The notes beneath the pieces were generated by a model. It saw only the letters and a program-made list of their open reading frames with translations, had not been told where the DNA came from and made no database searches. A program made the position numbers and the translations under genes. Shown here in pieces: positions 1-10,739 of a DNA stretch of 64,000 nucleotides. Position 1 is the first letter of the stretch; each line of letters begins with the position of its first letter. This DNA is from an uncultured Spirochaetales bacterium. Its GTDB lineage: Bacteria > Spirochaetota > Spirochaetia > CAYLLE01. The stretch is from positions 4-64,003 of the forward strand of contig CAZUAE010000014.1 in the NCBI GenBank assembly GCA_964618265.1, written 5' to 3'.

Positions 1-115
1 CCTATTAAAACAATAATTTTAGTATCAGTCAATATGGTTTTCACATATATCAAACCCCTTGACTAATATGAAGAAATATATCATCATCTGTTATTTAAAA
101 TATGGAGGTAAAACG

Positions 116-2296
116 ATGAAGGTCAAGGTAAAAATGTATAATGGAACTCCCACCGCATTTATCAACGAAAAACCTGTTTTCTATTCAGCCATGTGGGGGG
201 TGCCGCCAAAAGCCGAAGGTTATGAAGAAGCGGAAATAGCACGGTGTTACGCAAAGGCCGGGGTTCACATCTACGCATTCGATGTAGGTACAAAATATGA
301 ATGGAGAGAACCGCATTCGGACGGTTCACCTCATTTTGATTTTTCCAGTCTGCAAAAGAAACTCACCAGGATAGTGGAAGCTGATCCGGAAGCGTTATTC
401 CATTTTAGAATGCATTATGAAATGCCCGATTGGTGGAGAGACCGATTTCCCGGGGAAAGTGAAATTGATTCGGATGGGAATTTGTGCAAACAGTCCTTTG
501 CATCTTCGTTCTGGCGGTCCCGGGCTAAGGAATTTATCCACGCATATGCAGAAAAGTTAACCCAGATTGGATTTATAGACAAAACAGCTGCTTTTCAAGT
601 AGGTGCCGGAGGCTCATTGGAATGGGTCAAAGGTGATACCAGCATGGGAAGAAGATGCGGTGATTATTCCGCTCCGATGAAAGCCTATTTCCGGAACTGG
701 CTCCGAAAGCGGTACGGAACGGAAGCAGCTCTTAGAAAAGCCTGGGGGAATGATTCTGTAACCTTCGAAACCGTTATGGTTCCTCCGGCGGAAGAACAAC
801 TTAACACAAGACGATACTGTTTCCGGGATCCCGTCAAAGAAGGTAATGTAATAGATTATTATCGAGCCTTAGCCGGCCTTTGTGCTGATCTGGTAATTGA
901 TTACTGCAAGACCGTGAAAGAAGCAGGAAAGGGGCAGATACTGGCCGGAGCTTTTTACGGTTACCTGGCGGAGTTGGCCTGGAACCAATGTTTCTTCGGC
1001 GTATCTGATGAAAGTGAAGTATCCACAATCCAACGCTGCGGACATCTCGGACTAAAAAGGGTACTGCAGTCCGATGCGGTTGACTTTTTAGTAAGCCCCT
1101 GCAGTTACGGGTTCCGAGGCATAGGAGGTGCAGGTGCACCCATGCCTCCCACCGAATCATTGCGGAAAAACGGAAAGCTATACATTTTTGAAGAGGATTC
1201 CCGGACTCTTACCGCAGGAAGGGACCACAACTACGGCCGGACATATACCAATAGAGACTCAGAAGCAGTTCTAAAACGTAATTTCAGTGATGTTCTTATT
1301 CGGTCCATGGGGATTTGGTGGCTCAGTCATCATCAGAATCCGATAGAAGAACCCTCTTTTCAGGAACTAATCACAAGATTTAAAAGGATCGGAGAGTTTT
1401 CCCTTTCCCTGCCCCGGCACCCGCAAGCAGAAATTGCCGTTTTGCTGGACGATGAAAGTTTCTACTTCGAGAGTCTGCGTAATGACTTAGACCTTTCCCT
1501 AATTTTTCAGCAGCGATTATGGGGATTATCACGCATAGGCGCCCCTTACGATTTCTACCTTTTAGATGATTTCTTGAACGGCGATACGGCACAGTATAAA
1601 CTCGTTGTGTTTTTAAATGCCTTCTCCCTCGATGTTTCCCGCCGGAAAGCGATCGATGCCAAGGTAAAACGGGATGGGAAAACACTTCTCTGGCTATATG
1701 CTCCCGGAATAATCAAAGAAGAGGAAGAATCCATAGAAAACATGACGGAGCTAACAGGCTTTTCCTTCGGCTGGGCTGAACATCCCTGGTATGTAAAGTG
1801 TCATGTTACACGGTTTGACCATCCTATAACTAAGGACTTGCCTCAGGATCTTTTCTGGGGTACCGACAGTAAATTATGCCCGATTTATCATATAGAAGAT
1901 GGTGATGCAGCGGTTTTAGGACAGGTAGTATACTCCTTAGGACGATGTAAACCAGGATTAGGTATTAAAGATTTTGGGGGTTGGCGGTCTGTCTATTCCG
2001 CTGCTCCAAACGTACCTCCCAGGCTGCTGCAGGGAGTTGCTAAGCATGCAGGGGTTCACATTTACAATAACGAACCGGAAGTGTTCTATGCTAATGATCA
2101 CTTTTTATGTATCCATACCCTCAAAGGAGGTAAACGGCTGATCAAATTACCCTATAAAACAGAAATAGTATATGAACTCTTCACGAAAAAACTCATTGCA
2201 GAAAACACTGACGAATTTACGCTGTCTTTAGATCCGGTAAGCACGGTTTTATTCTATACCGGCTCTTCAAAGAAGCTGAAAGATTGGTTTTATTAG
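116..2296 (+). CDS. Putative glycoside hydrolase-like protein (beta-galactosidase/GH42-like trimerisation-type region); start moved to M20
   Basis: ORF 59..2296. Internal ATG at 116 is preceded by GGAGG (tatggaggtaaaacgATG), so 116 is the likelier start. The 745-aa product has a TIM-barrel-like N-terminal part and a central region (AQYKLVVFLNAFSLD) resembling the beta-galactosidase trimerisation domain. Family assignment is by recall only. Confidence 0.45.
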   Translation: MKVKVKMYNGTPTAFINEKPVFYSAMWGVPPKAEGYEEAEIARCYAKAGVHIYAFDVGTKYEWREPHSDGSPHFDFSSLQKKLTRIVEADPEALFHFRMHYEMPDWWRDRFPGESEIDSDGNLCKQSFASSFWRSRAKEFIHAYAEKLTQIGFIDKTAAFQVGAGGSLEWVKGDTSMGRRCGDYSAPMKAYFRNWLRKRYGTEAALRKAWGNDSVTFETVMVPPAEEQLNTRRYCFRDPVKEGNVIDYYRALAGLCADLVIDYCKTVKEAGKGQILAGAFYGYLAELAWNQCFFGVSDESEVSTIQRCGHLGLKRVLQSDAVDFLVSPCSYGFRGIGGAGAPMPPTESLRKNGKLYIFEEDSRTLTAGRDHNYGRTYTNRDSEAVLKRNFSDVLIRSMGIWWLSHHQNPIEEPSFQELITRFKRIGEFSLSLPRHPQAEIAVLLDDESFYFESLRNDLDLSLIFQQRLWGLSRIGAPYDFYLLDDFLNGDTAQYKLVVFLNAFSLDVSRRKAIDAKVKRDGKTLLWLYAPGIIKEEEESIENMTELTGFSFGWAEHPWYVKCHVTRFDHPITKDLPQDLFWGTDSKLCPIYHIEDGDAAVLGQVVYSLGRCKPGLGIKDFGGWRSVYSAAPNVPPRLLQGVAKHAGVHIYNNEPEVFYANDHFLCIHTLKGGKRLIKLPYKTEIVYELFTKKLIAENTDEFTLSLDPVSTVLFYTGSSKKLKDWFY

Positions 2297-2373
2297 TTTA
2301 TTAGGGATTCAGTATACAACTCGATAAATTTAGGATATAATAACCGCAATCATACCTGAAGAGGGTTTGCATT

Positions 2374-4020
2374 ATGGAAGAAACTAAACTTGTTCAGTTG
2401 GAAGAACAGCTTTGGTCCGCTAATGATGCATATAAAATATCTATTCTTAATAACCTCGCCTCGTACTGCCGTACAAAATATCCGGGAAAAGCGCTGTCGT
2501 ATGCATTAAAAGCACAGGAACTGTCGGAAAAATTTACCGATCTAAAAAACAACTCAGATTCGCTTAACATCATTGCATATATCTATGCAACATCTATCAA
2601 TGATATAGGTAAAGCCAGAGAATACGCGGATAGAGCTCTAGAAACATCCCGGAAAATTAAATACCGCAAAGGAAGAGCAGCATCCTATCTCACCAAGACT
2701 ATTGTTTACACAAAGGTTGGAAACCATTTGAAAGCTCTTAAGGGCTTATCAAAATCTTTAAATATCTATTCTGATTTGGATGACCGAATTGGTATCGCCC
2801 GGGTTTATAACCGTCTCGGAATCTCTTATCAAGCTTTAGGAAACATAGAAAAATCCTTCGATTATTTTACCAAAGCAAAGGAATTTTTCGAAGAAATTGG
2901 CGATACTCACAGTATAGCAGAAGAACTTAACAATTTGGGTTTACTATTTACTCAGCAAGGAGAAATAGAAAAAGCCTTCTGTCTATTTAATCAAGCAAAA
3001 ACATTGTTCGAAGATTCCGGTAGTAGTATCGCAACAGTGCTATTAAACATATCAAAAATCCATAAACTAAGGGAAGAATATACTGAAGCTAAAAAAATCA
3101 TCCATCAGGTTTTAGCTTTAGCAACGGAAAACAATGATCAATATATAATCGCTTCCGCAAACTTACGTATTGGAATTCTTAATAAAAAAATTGGTGTAAA
3201 CGAATCATCTCTTCCGTATTATCAAAAGGCACTTAAAATCGCTTCGGAACTGAAAAACCGCGATCTGGAAAAGGAAATCTGCCTGACTATTTCTCAATTC
3301 TTTGAAGAAAAAAATGATTTTAAAAAAGCTTTAGAATATCACAAAAGAAATTACAATTTAGAAAAAAAAGAAAAGGATTCGATTATTCTTTCTACTATGA
3401 GCTTTTCCGGTAATGTTACTTCAAAGGAAAGTGAAATATACCGGGTTCGTAATAGAGAACTTCTAAAAATAAATGCTAAGCTTAAAAGGTCGAATACGAA
3501 AATCCGATACCGTGCAGAAAAATGCCGTAAAATGTCCAGAATCGACTTCTTAACAAATCTATTCAACCGGCAGCATCTGGATACGGTATTGGAACGGGAA
3601 TGGAATAGGGCTGTGAGATATGGGCATCCCCTAAGCGTAGCCATGGTGGATGTAGATTTATTCAAACGGGTAAATGATAATTACAACCACCACGTGGGAG
3701 ATATAGTTCTGAAATCAATATCAAGCATTCTCCAGGAAAATATCCGTACCTGCGATATTATCGGGCGTTACGGCGGAGAAGAATTCCTGGCGATTTTCCC
3801 GGATACTTCAATAGAAGGGGCGAAAGTGGCATGTGAAAAAATGAGGGGGGCGGTGGAAAGTTTCTCGTGGGACAGCATTTGTCCTCAGCTGAAAATAACC
3901 ATAAGCATCGGCATTTGCTCCCGCGGTCCCGCCATGGAGAAAGCTCAAGATATTGTACTAAAGGCAGATCAAAATATGTATCAAGCAAAAAATTCGGGGA
4001 GAAACAAGGTAATTCCATAA
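2374..4020 (+). CDS. TPR-repeat diguanylate cyclase (GGDEF domain)
   Basis: N-terminal ~330 aa of TPR-like repeats. C-terminal GGDEF domain has an intact active site (RYGGEEFLAIF) and an RxxD I-site (RTCD) 5 residues upstream. SD gaagaggg precedes the ATG. Confidence 0.8.
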   Translation: MEETKLVQLEEQLWSANDAYKISILNNLASYCRTKYPGKALSYALKAQELSEKFTDLKNNSDSLNIIAYIYATSINDIGKAREYADRALETSRKIKYRKGRAASYLTKTIVYTKVGNHLKALKGLSKSLNIYSDLDDRIGIARVYNRLGISYQALGNIEKSFDYFTKAKEFFEEIGDTHSIAEELNNLGLLFTQQGEIEKAFCLFNQAKTLFEDSGSSIATVLLNISKIHKLREEYTEAKKIIHQVLALATENNDQYIIASANLRIGILNKKIGVNESSLPYYQKALKIASELKNRDLEKEICLTISQFFEEKNDFKKALEYHKRNYNLEKKEKDSIILSTMSFSGNVTSKESEIYRVRNRELLKINAKLKRSNTKIRYRAEKCRKMSRIDFLTNLFNRQHLDTVLEREWNRAVRYGHPLSVAMVDVDLFKRVNDNYNHHVGDIVLKSISSILQENIRTCDIIGRYGGEEFLAIFPDTSIEGAKVACEKMRGAVESFSWDSICPQLKITISIGICSRGPAMEKAQDIVLKADQNMYQAKNSGRNKVIP

Positions 4021-4063
4021 CCTTGCACTCCCCTCATGTTATCGCTTAGCTGTGTATCCGGGT

Positions 4064-7000
4064 TTACCTAATCAGGATAAATTCCACCCTTCTGTTTTTC
4101 CATCGATTTTCAAGATCACTAAAAGGGACGATGGGTTGAGCGCCGCCGAGACCTTCGGTGGATATCCGCTTAGGATCCATACCTAGATCTACCAATGCGC
4201 TCTTAACAGCTTCCGCGCGGGACTTAGAAAGGGGAATAAGTTCTTCCTCCTGTTCTATTTCCCCTTTCTTTGGGTCATCGTAGTGGACCATGACGGCATG
4301 GCCTTCGATTCTAATACGATAATTGGAATATTTCTCGAATATTTCAGCGAGTCTGCGCAGCGTTCTATAGTTCCGGTCAGCTTTTTCCTCATCAACATTT
4401 TTAAAGTTTGCAGTGTTTGGTGCAAAAGTGATGCTGGAGATGCGGATTTTCAGTTTATCTCCCTCCCGAATAACCAGTACATCAATTGGTATAGTGTCCC
4501 GGACGGTGGAGGTGTTTCCGTATCTATCCGTCATAGTGAGTGTGGTCCGGTAGTCTTCAGCTGCCTGGACAAGTTCCCCTTCATCCGAAAGACCATCCCA
4601 GATTATAGATTCAGCAGGCTCTCCTGTTCCGGAAAATGTCTTAAAAGGTTTACCGGTGGGATCGTAGATAATCAGTTCCCAGGTATCTATAGGGCTTTCA
4701 TCCCGGGCATTCAGCCGGATGGTGAGTTCATCATTAAGGCCGTCATCATCCGGCGAAAACAGCTTCGGGGTTAGGGTTATGTTCGATGCCGGCGGTGATA
4801 CATCCAGTATGAACTGAGATGATTTTGTTTCAGGTCTGTTGCCTTTATGGTACTCCACAACAAACTCAGCCCTGTAATTCCCCTCGGCAGCACGGGCAGC
4901 ATCGCTCTTGCCGTTCCACGTTACGGAATCCGGAGGCACTGACGTACCGGAAAATGTTTTTTCCGTACCGCCGTCAGCATGTTCCATCTTCAGGCGCCAG
5001 CGTTTTATGCCTTCCTTAAGACCGGTATAGAGCCGGAAGGTAATCGTATCATCAGTTCCGTCACCGTTTGGTGAAAAGCCCCGGTCGGAGACGGTTGTAA
5101 AAGCTGTAGTCCTGCGGGTATCGATGGTGATATTTTCCAGCTTACGTTCAACTTTATTACCTGCCTTGTCTTGTGAACTTACTGTATATATGTATGTTCC
5201 ATCCGGGATGCTGTTCCCATTCATATCCTTGCCGTCCCAGGTAAAATCCTTCGCGTTTCCCTGCCAAAAATAAGTTTTAATCACCTTTCCGGAGGTGTCG
5301 CTTATTTCGCCTTCCCAGAGATCCTCCGTGGAAGATGACTGAGATATCGTAATTTCATCCAGATTACCGTCCCCTTCTGGCGAAAAGAGAAGTGTCTCCG
5401 CGGATAATTCAATTTCCGGATACTGAGTGTCTAACACTACAGGATTGGTTTTTGTGGTGGGTTTATTTCCATTCATATACGTAACATGTAATTCACCCAA
5501 ATAGGTTCCATCCACCGCAGGATTTCCGGCTTCATTCTTGCCGTTCCACTCTATACGTTGAGGTATTGATCTGCCGGTAAAAGTCTTAATTTCTTCACCT
5601 GAGGTGTCCTTTATCTTTAACGTATAGGATTCAAAACCTTGTGATACGGATATGTCAGGGAGAAATTCCACAGCATCCTTTATTCCGTCAGCGTTAGGTG
5701 AAAAATAACTTATGTCTGTGGAAACCAGAATAGGGGTCTGGGTGGTATCGACAGAAAAAATTACTGCTGAAGATGAACCGGCATTACCAGCTTTATCTAT
5801 AGCCTTTAGTGTATAAGAGTATTGTCCGTCCGGTACATTCTTTCCCTGGAAATTTCTTCCGTCCCAGGAAAATTCTTCATCCACTGTACCCCGCCAGGTG
5901 TATACTCTTACGGGATCACTGTCTTCGTTTCGGACTGTTCCCTCCCATAGCTGTTCATTGGAGGCAGTCTGTGTAAATATCATAATATCTTTGCTTCCGT
6001 CTCCGTTAGGAGAAAAAACGGTATACTTTCCCGAAACTTTAGCTTCCGGCGGCGTAATATCTATGACGAACAAAGACGATTTTGCTCTTTCGATATTTCC
6101 CTTTTGGTATTCCACTTCAAGTTCGGCTTTATAGCTCCCTTCCCCTGCCTTACCTATTGTCTTTTCTCCATTCCATGTTATCGAAGCGGGGAGAGAACCT
6201 GTACCGTCATAAGTTTTCATAACTGCTCCGGCGGTATCTGTAATCTTCAGGTTCCATTCCTTAATGCCGGAATTCTGTTGCAGGGAGGGTTGGAAATCTA
6301 TAGTGTCCTTATTCCCGTCTCCATTAGGAGAAAAGAATCCTCTGGAAACAGTAATGGTTACCGGAGTTGGTTTTGTATCTACCTGTATATTTTGAAGAAG
6401 TTTAACAGTAAGGTTTCCTGCCTTATCTTCACTTTGAACACGGTAGGAATAGACTCCGTCCTTTACCGTATTACCTACAGCATCAGTACCGTCCCATGTA
6501 AGATTATCAACTTCTCCGGACCAAAACCAGGAATCCACCTCCTGGCCGTTGGCATCCAGTATTTGACCTTCCCAAAGATCCTCCGCACTGGAATCCTGAG
6601 TAATAGTTATCAGGTCCTTGTTCCCGTCTCCGTCCGGAGAAAAAAGTGAAGTGTCTGAATCTACAGCAATTTTTGGGAACACAGTATCCACTACAAAAGG
6701 GGAGGTAATAACGGAGGGATTGTTTCCGTTACGGTATTCCACGGTAAACCGTGCGGAATATTCTCCGTCACGGACAGTAGTGCCTGAATCGGTTTTTCCA
6801 TTCCATATCACCGCATTGGGAGGAGTTCCCCCGCCTGAAAACGTTTTTACCGGGTTTTCCAGTGAATCTAAAACAACTATTTCATAAGATTCTATTGTAT
6901 CGGAAACTCCGAGCTCCGGAGAAAAAGTTTGTGTATCCTTTTTTCCATCTCCGTTTGGAGAAAAGTGTGTGAGTTCAAATGCAAGCTGAACAGGAGTTTC

Positions 7001-9304
7001 TCTGGTATCTATCTCAAAGGCAACAATATTGGATTGAACACTGTTTCCCGCAAGGTCTGTGGAAGAAAGCTGATAAAAATACCTGCCGTCCTCTAATAAA
7101 TTTCCATCTTCATCTCTTCCGTCCCAAGAATACTTTGTTTCCGCGTTACCCTTCCAAGTTATGGAATACATTTCATCACCATCTTCATTGGTTACAGAAC
7201 CTGTCCAAACCTCTTCGCGGCTTGTTTCCTGAAAAATAACTAGGAAATCTTTCCGTCCGTCACCGTTTGGTGAAAAAACATCCCACTGAGCTTTAGTTTG
7301 AACTGATGGAGGGGTCAAATCAAGATTGAAGGAAGGCGAAACATCCGAAGGATTGTTTCCGTTGATATACAAAAGGTCCAGTTGAGCGGTGTAGATACCT
7401 TCCGGAAGCCGTGTCCCGTCGTTATCCTTTCCGTCAAATGTTATTGTTTCCGGGAGTTCCTCTGCACCGGTAAATGAGCGGACAGTATTATCAGAATTGT
7501 CTTTTACCATTACTTCCCATTTTTCGATATTCGTTGTCGAGGGAGCGTCAATAGCAAAAAATATCGTGTCCTTTACTCCGTTCCCGTCGGGGGAAAAATT
7601 TGCATCAGAAACAGATAGATCAATAGGAGTTTTTTCAGTATTGATAATGATATTATCTGTCCTATGTGTTATGGTATTCCCCGCCTTATCGGTGGATGAT
7701 ATAACATACCAGTATACACCATCCGGTGCTAAAATCCCTTCGCTGTTTTTTCCATCCCACTGGAAAAATTCCGGTTCTCCAGCCCAGGTAAATTCCGCAA
7801 CCTTTTCTTCCACCGCATTATATATTTCCGCTTCCCATTTATCTTCTTTTGATCCGAATTGATCTATTACAAGAGTATCTTTGTTTCCGTCGTCATTGGG
7901 AGAGAAAATCGGATAGGGAAGTTCAACGGTTACCATAGGGTCCACCGTATCTATGACAACTTTTCGGGAATCTGTTTTACTGATATTTCCATTGTCGTCC
8001 CAGGCTTCGACAAAGTAGGTATATGTTCCATCCGAGACCAGAGAGCCGGCATCGTCATTTCCGTCCCATCTAAGGGATTCCGGTACTGTGATTCCTTCTT
8101 TAACGTAGAGCAGCCGGTCGATAACATTCCGGAAACCTTCATTTTCGGGACGTTCATCTTTATTTTTTATTGTGCGGACAACTTTTCCGTCAGAATCCTG
8201 AAAGATTAATCGGTATCCGCGGACGTATCTTTCGTCTTCAATAGCCAAAGGAACAAGTAAATTATCTTTTACTCCGTCGAAATTAGGAGAGATGTAGGCT
8301 ATTCCGTCAGGTCCGATGGAAATATCAGGAGGATTTCTATCAATTACTCCTAAGGGAAGGTTCGCCCCAAGCCCCATAGCCCAGATACCGTTAATCAGCG
8401 GCGCTGCTCCGGCCGTGGTTGTAATTTCACTGCGGCGCCAAACGTCTGCTTCCCCATCATCATCCGACTTCGAGCCCGTTCCGAAACTAACTGCCAAACC
8501 GAAGGACAGCGGAAACCGCTCGGTGCCGGTTAATGTATCCTGTAAATCGAAATTATACGCGCCTTTAAGACTGATCATATCAAAAAGAATTGCTGAAAGG
8601 CCCGCGCTTAAATGAACGTCCTGAAATGTCGGGAAAGCCGCATAAGAACTAAAGCCTAAGGTGAAAGGATCGGTTTCGATAAGTTTAAAAGATGTATCCA
8701 GAACAGGTGTGAATATCGAAGGGATTTTCCCCCCAGGGGAATTATATCCCTTTCCCATTCCTCTCATGGCGAATCCCCAACGAAAGTCCTTGAGAAAGCC
8801 CAAATCTCCGGGAAGGTGGACAAAGCCCAAATTCAGACCCAATCCCCAATCGGCTCCAAAAACAAAATCGAGTCCCGCGCCTACATAGAAATCCGGATAT
8901 AGATCTTTACCAAAGCTCGTATTAATCATTCCAAAAGTACCGTAAGGAAGGAATGCAAAAGGTGAAGTTAAAAAACGGCCGCTGCCGCTGAAAACACCTG
9001 CCCGTGTAGGAACCGTTACACCGGCGTTTATAACATGCCCCATTCCTGTATCCTCACCAAAACCGAGCATGTTTATATAACTCAGATCCAGAGTCAAACG
9101 CTGTTTTCCGCCGGAAGCCGCCGGATTTAAAACGTCCGACTGCGGTGATACCATTCCGGAAGCCGTAACGCCCCCCGCCAAAAAAGACGGAGAGTAGAGG
9201 TATTCAGTATCAACGAATGCGTCAGTCTGCGAAAATACCGGAATTCCTGTTATAAAAAATACTGTAATCAATATATATAAAAGTCGGCTTTTCTTGATAT
9301 CCAT
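4064..9304 (-). CDS. Giant secreted OmpA-family protein: signal peptide, Gly/Phe-rich N-terminal domain, ~12 FlgD-Ig-like repeats, C-terminal OmpA peptidoglycan-binding domain
   Basis: 1746 aa. N-terminal signal peptide (MDIKKSRLLYILITVFFITGIPVFSQ). Repeated FSPNGDGxKD / FSPDGDGNKD motifs (~12 copies) typical of FlgD-Ig-like domains. C-terminus (RIRIEGHAVMV...RAEAVKSALVDLGMDP...NRRVEFILIR) matches the OmpA C-terminal domain. Confidence 0.75.
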   Translation of the reverse strand: MDIKKSRLLYILITVFFITGIPVFSQTDAFVDTEYLYSPSFLAGGVTASGMVSPQSDVLNPAASGGKQRLTLDLSYINMLGFGEDTGMGHVINAGVTVPTRAGVFSGSGRFLTSPFAFLPYGTFGMINTSFGKDLYPDFYVGAGLDFVFGADWGLGLNLGFVHLPGDLGFLKDFRWGFAMRGMGKGYNSPGGKIPSIFTPVLDTSFKLIETDPFTLGFSSYAAFPTFQDVHLSAGLSAILFDMISLKGAYNFDLQDTLTGTERFPLSFGLAVSFGTGSKSDDDGEADVWRRSEITTTAGAAPLINGIWAMGLGANLPLGVIDRNPPDISIGPDGIAYISPNFDGVKDNLLVPLAIEDERYVRGYRLIFQDSDGKVVRTIKNKDERPENEGFRNVIDRLLYVKEGITVPESLRWDGNDDAGSLVSDGTYTYFVEAWDDNGNISKTDSRKVVIDTVDPMVTVELPYPIFSPNDDGNKDTLVIDQFGSKEDKWEAEIYNAVEEKVAEFTWAGEPEFFQWDGKNSEGILAPDGVYWYVISSTDKAGNTITHRTDNIIINTEKTPIDLSVSDANFSPDGNGVKDTIFFAIDAPSTTNIEKWEVMVKDNSDNTVRSFTGAEELPETITFDGKDNDGTRLPEGIYTAQLDLLYINGNNPSDVSPSFNLDLTPPSVQTKAQWDVFSPNGDGRKDFLVIFQETSREEVWTGSVTNEDGDEMYSITWKGNAETKYSWDGRDEDGNLLEDGRYFYQLSSTDLAGNSVQSNIVAFEIDTRETPVQLAFELTHFSPNGDGKKDTQTFSPELGVSDTIESYEIVVLDSLENPVKTFSGGGTPPNAVIWNGKTDSGTTVRDGEYSARFTVEYRNGNNPSVITSPFVVDTVFPKIAVDSDTSLFSPDGDGNKDLITITQDSSAEDLWEGQILDANGQEVDSWFWSGEVDNLTWDGTDAVGNTVKDGVYSYRVQSEDKAGNLTVKLLQNIQVDTKPTPVTITVSRGFFSPNGDGNKDTIDFQPSLQQNSGIKEWNLKITDTAGAVMKTYDGTGSLPASITWNGEKTIGKAGEGSYKAELEVEYQKGNIERAKSSLFVIDITPPEAKVSGKYTVFSPNGDGSKDIMIFTQTASNEQLWEGTVRNEDSDPVRVYTWRGTVDEEFSWDGRNFQGKNVPDGQYSYTLKAIDKAGNAGSSSAVIFSVDTTQTPILVSTDISYFSPNADGIKDAVEFLPDISVSQGFESYTLKIKDTSGEEIKTFTGRSIPQRIEWNGKNEAGNPAVDGTYLGELHVTYMNGNKPTTKTNPVVLDTQYPEIELSAETLLFSPEGDGNLDEITISQSSSTEDLWEGEISDTSGKVIKTYFWQGNAKDFTWDGKDMNGNSIPDGTYIYTVSSQDKAGNKVERKLENITIDTRRTTAFTTVSDRGFSPNGDGTDDTITFRLYTGLKEGIKRWRLKMEHADGGTEKTFSGTSVPPDSVTWNGKSDAARAAEGNYRAEFVVEYHKGNRPETKSSQFILDVSPPASNITLTPKLFSPDDDGLNDELTIRLNARDESPIDTWELIIYDPTGKPFKTFSGTGEPAESIIWDGLSDEGELVQAAEDYRTTLTMTDRYGNTSTVRDTIPIDVLVIREGDKLKIRISSITFAPNTANFKNVDEEKADRNYRTLRRLAEIFEKYSNYRIRIEGHAVMVHYDDPKKGEIEQEEELIPLSKSRAEAVKSALVDLGMDPKRISTEGLGGAQPIVPFSDLENRWKNRRVEFILIR
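4560..8320 (-). repeat. Intragenic tandem array of ~100-aa (~300-nt) FlgD-Ig-like repeats in two alternating subtypes
   Basis: Protein repeats alternate between a WEG / WDG.D..GN..DG.Y.Y / DKAGN subtype and a W.L.I.D..G / I.WNGK / VEY..GN subtype. Approximate DNA span is back-calculated from amino-acid positions 330-1580. Confidence 0.55.
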
Positions 9305-9449
9305 TTTTCATTCTTCCTTTTCTGTGGTCTTTAAGATGATATTATAACACGTATTGCAAAAATCTCTAACATTCTTCGTGATGGCAAGTTATGGTTCGCA
9401 TCCAGATTAATTCATGGAGGAAAAAAATAGATGTAAAGTGTAGGACGTA

Positions 9450-10661
9450 TCAGTTATCAAGTTCCACCATAAGATCAATATAATCCAACATTAACCGGGT
9501 TGTTAAAAATTTCTTTCTAACAGTTTCTTTAGCTTTTTCTCCCATCTCTTGGTGTAGAGAGGGGTTTTTAAGAAGTTCAATAATTCTATCGGCACACCCG
9601 TCAATGTCTTTCGGTTCTATAAGATAACCATTTTCTCCTGATGTTATCTGCTCGCCTATTCCTCCCGCTGTGGAAGCAACAACAGGCTTTCCTTTCCACA
9701 TTGCTTCTGTCACGGTAAGACAAAACCCTTCTCTTAATGATTTCTGGATAATAACTGAAGAAAACCTTTGAATTGCATTAACCAAAAGGGCGTTGTTTCC
9801 TACAACAAAAATTACATCTCCATTATCACTGAGTTCTTTTGCCTTTTCATAAACCCGTTCGAATACCTGCATTCCTTCAGGATCATCAGAAGCAAGATTA
9901 TAACAGAAAAGAAGCCGGCAATCTATTTTTTTCCTCACCTTTTCATAAACTTCCAATACCCCTTCCGGATCTTTCCAGGGGTCCATTCGAGATACCTGTG
10001 TAATAATAGGTTTATCAGTCGGGATATCTTCTTCTTTTATGTAATGGGCTATTTCCTTTTGACTTAATTCTTTATTCTTCATAGACAATGGATCAATAGC
10101 GGGATGAATTATCCGCTGTTCCACGGGAAGGTCAGCCTTAAGATACTTTTTACTGGATACTACAATGATATCGTATCTTAACATATATCGTTTTAGAAAG
10201 TTCCACACATCTGGATTAGAATCAGTAATATCGATATGACAGCGCCATATCCAGGGCTGAGTCTTCTTGAAATAACGGATCAGAGGAAGCGGTTGGGGAT
10301 CATGGATAATAATAAAATCATGATCAAAATGCGAATATATAGAAAAATCATGATTGACATCCAAATAGAACCGCTTCTCAAAATCTGTGAGACCTTCAGG
10401 ATTCCCCTGCATGGCATTGTGAATCTTCTTAGTTATTTCGTAAAAGTTTTGGTTGCCATGGACAGTCCGCCAACCGGTATCTAAGCCCGCATCGTTCATT
10501 AAGGGAATTGTAGAAGAGAGGATCTCCGCGACGCCGCCTCCAAGAAAGGTGGAGTTTATCTGAACATTGTGCTTCCCATATAGCTTCCGTACCTTTTTGT
10601 GTATATTCGCTACCATTTCATCGCCGGCAGCATCGATGTACATTTCGAGACTTTTGGCCAT
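9450..10661 (-). CDS. treT: Trehalose glycosyltransferring synthase (GT4 family, TreT-like)
   Basis: Strong recalled similarity to archaeal/bacterial TreT: VNSTFLGGGVAEIL, WRCHIDIT, IITQVSRMDPWKD, REGFCLTVTEAMWKGKPVV. Confidence 0.65.
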   Translation of the reverse strand: MAKSLEMYIDAAGDEMVANIHKKVRKLYGKHNVQINSTFLGGGVAEILSSTIPLMNDAGLDTGWRTVHGNQNFYEITKKIHNAMQGNPEGLTDFEKRFYLDVNHDFSIYSHFDHDFIIIHDPQPLPLIRYFKKTQPWIWRCHIDITDSNPDVWNFLKRYMLRYDIIVVSSKKYLKADLPVEQRIIHPAIDPLSMKNKELSQKEIAHYIKEEDIPTDKPIITQVSRMDPWKDPEGVLEVYEKVRKKIDCRLLFCYNLASDDPEGMQVFERVYEKAKELSDNGDVIFVVGNNALLVNAIQRFSSVIIQKSLREGFCLTVTEAMWKGKPVVASTAGGIGEQITSGENGYLIEPKDIDGCADRIIELLKNPSLHQEMGEKAKETVRKKFLTTRLMLDYIDLMVELDN

Positions 10662-10739
10662 AGCTGTTTTCCTCCTTTACCTTTTAGCTTAATGGATAAT
10701 AAAAAAAAATCAAAAGGTAATAATGAATTTATCCAACTA

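Noticed and set aside
4283-8888. Multiple plus-strand ORFs of 66-181 aa (4283..4774, 6104..6649, 7497..7862, 7859..8209 etc.) inside the giant minus-strand gene
   Set aside because: They are shadow ORFs created by the repetitive, codon-biased antisense of a long well-supported gene. They carry no motifs and have no RBS context.
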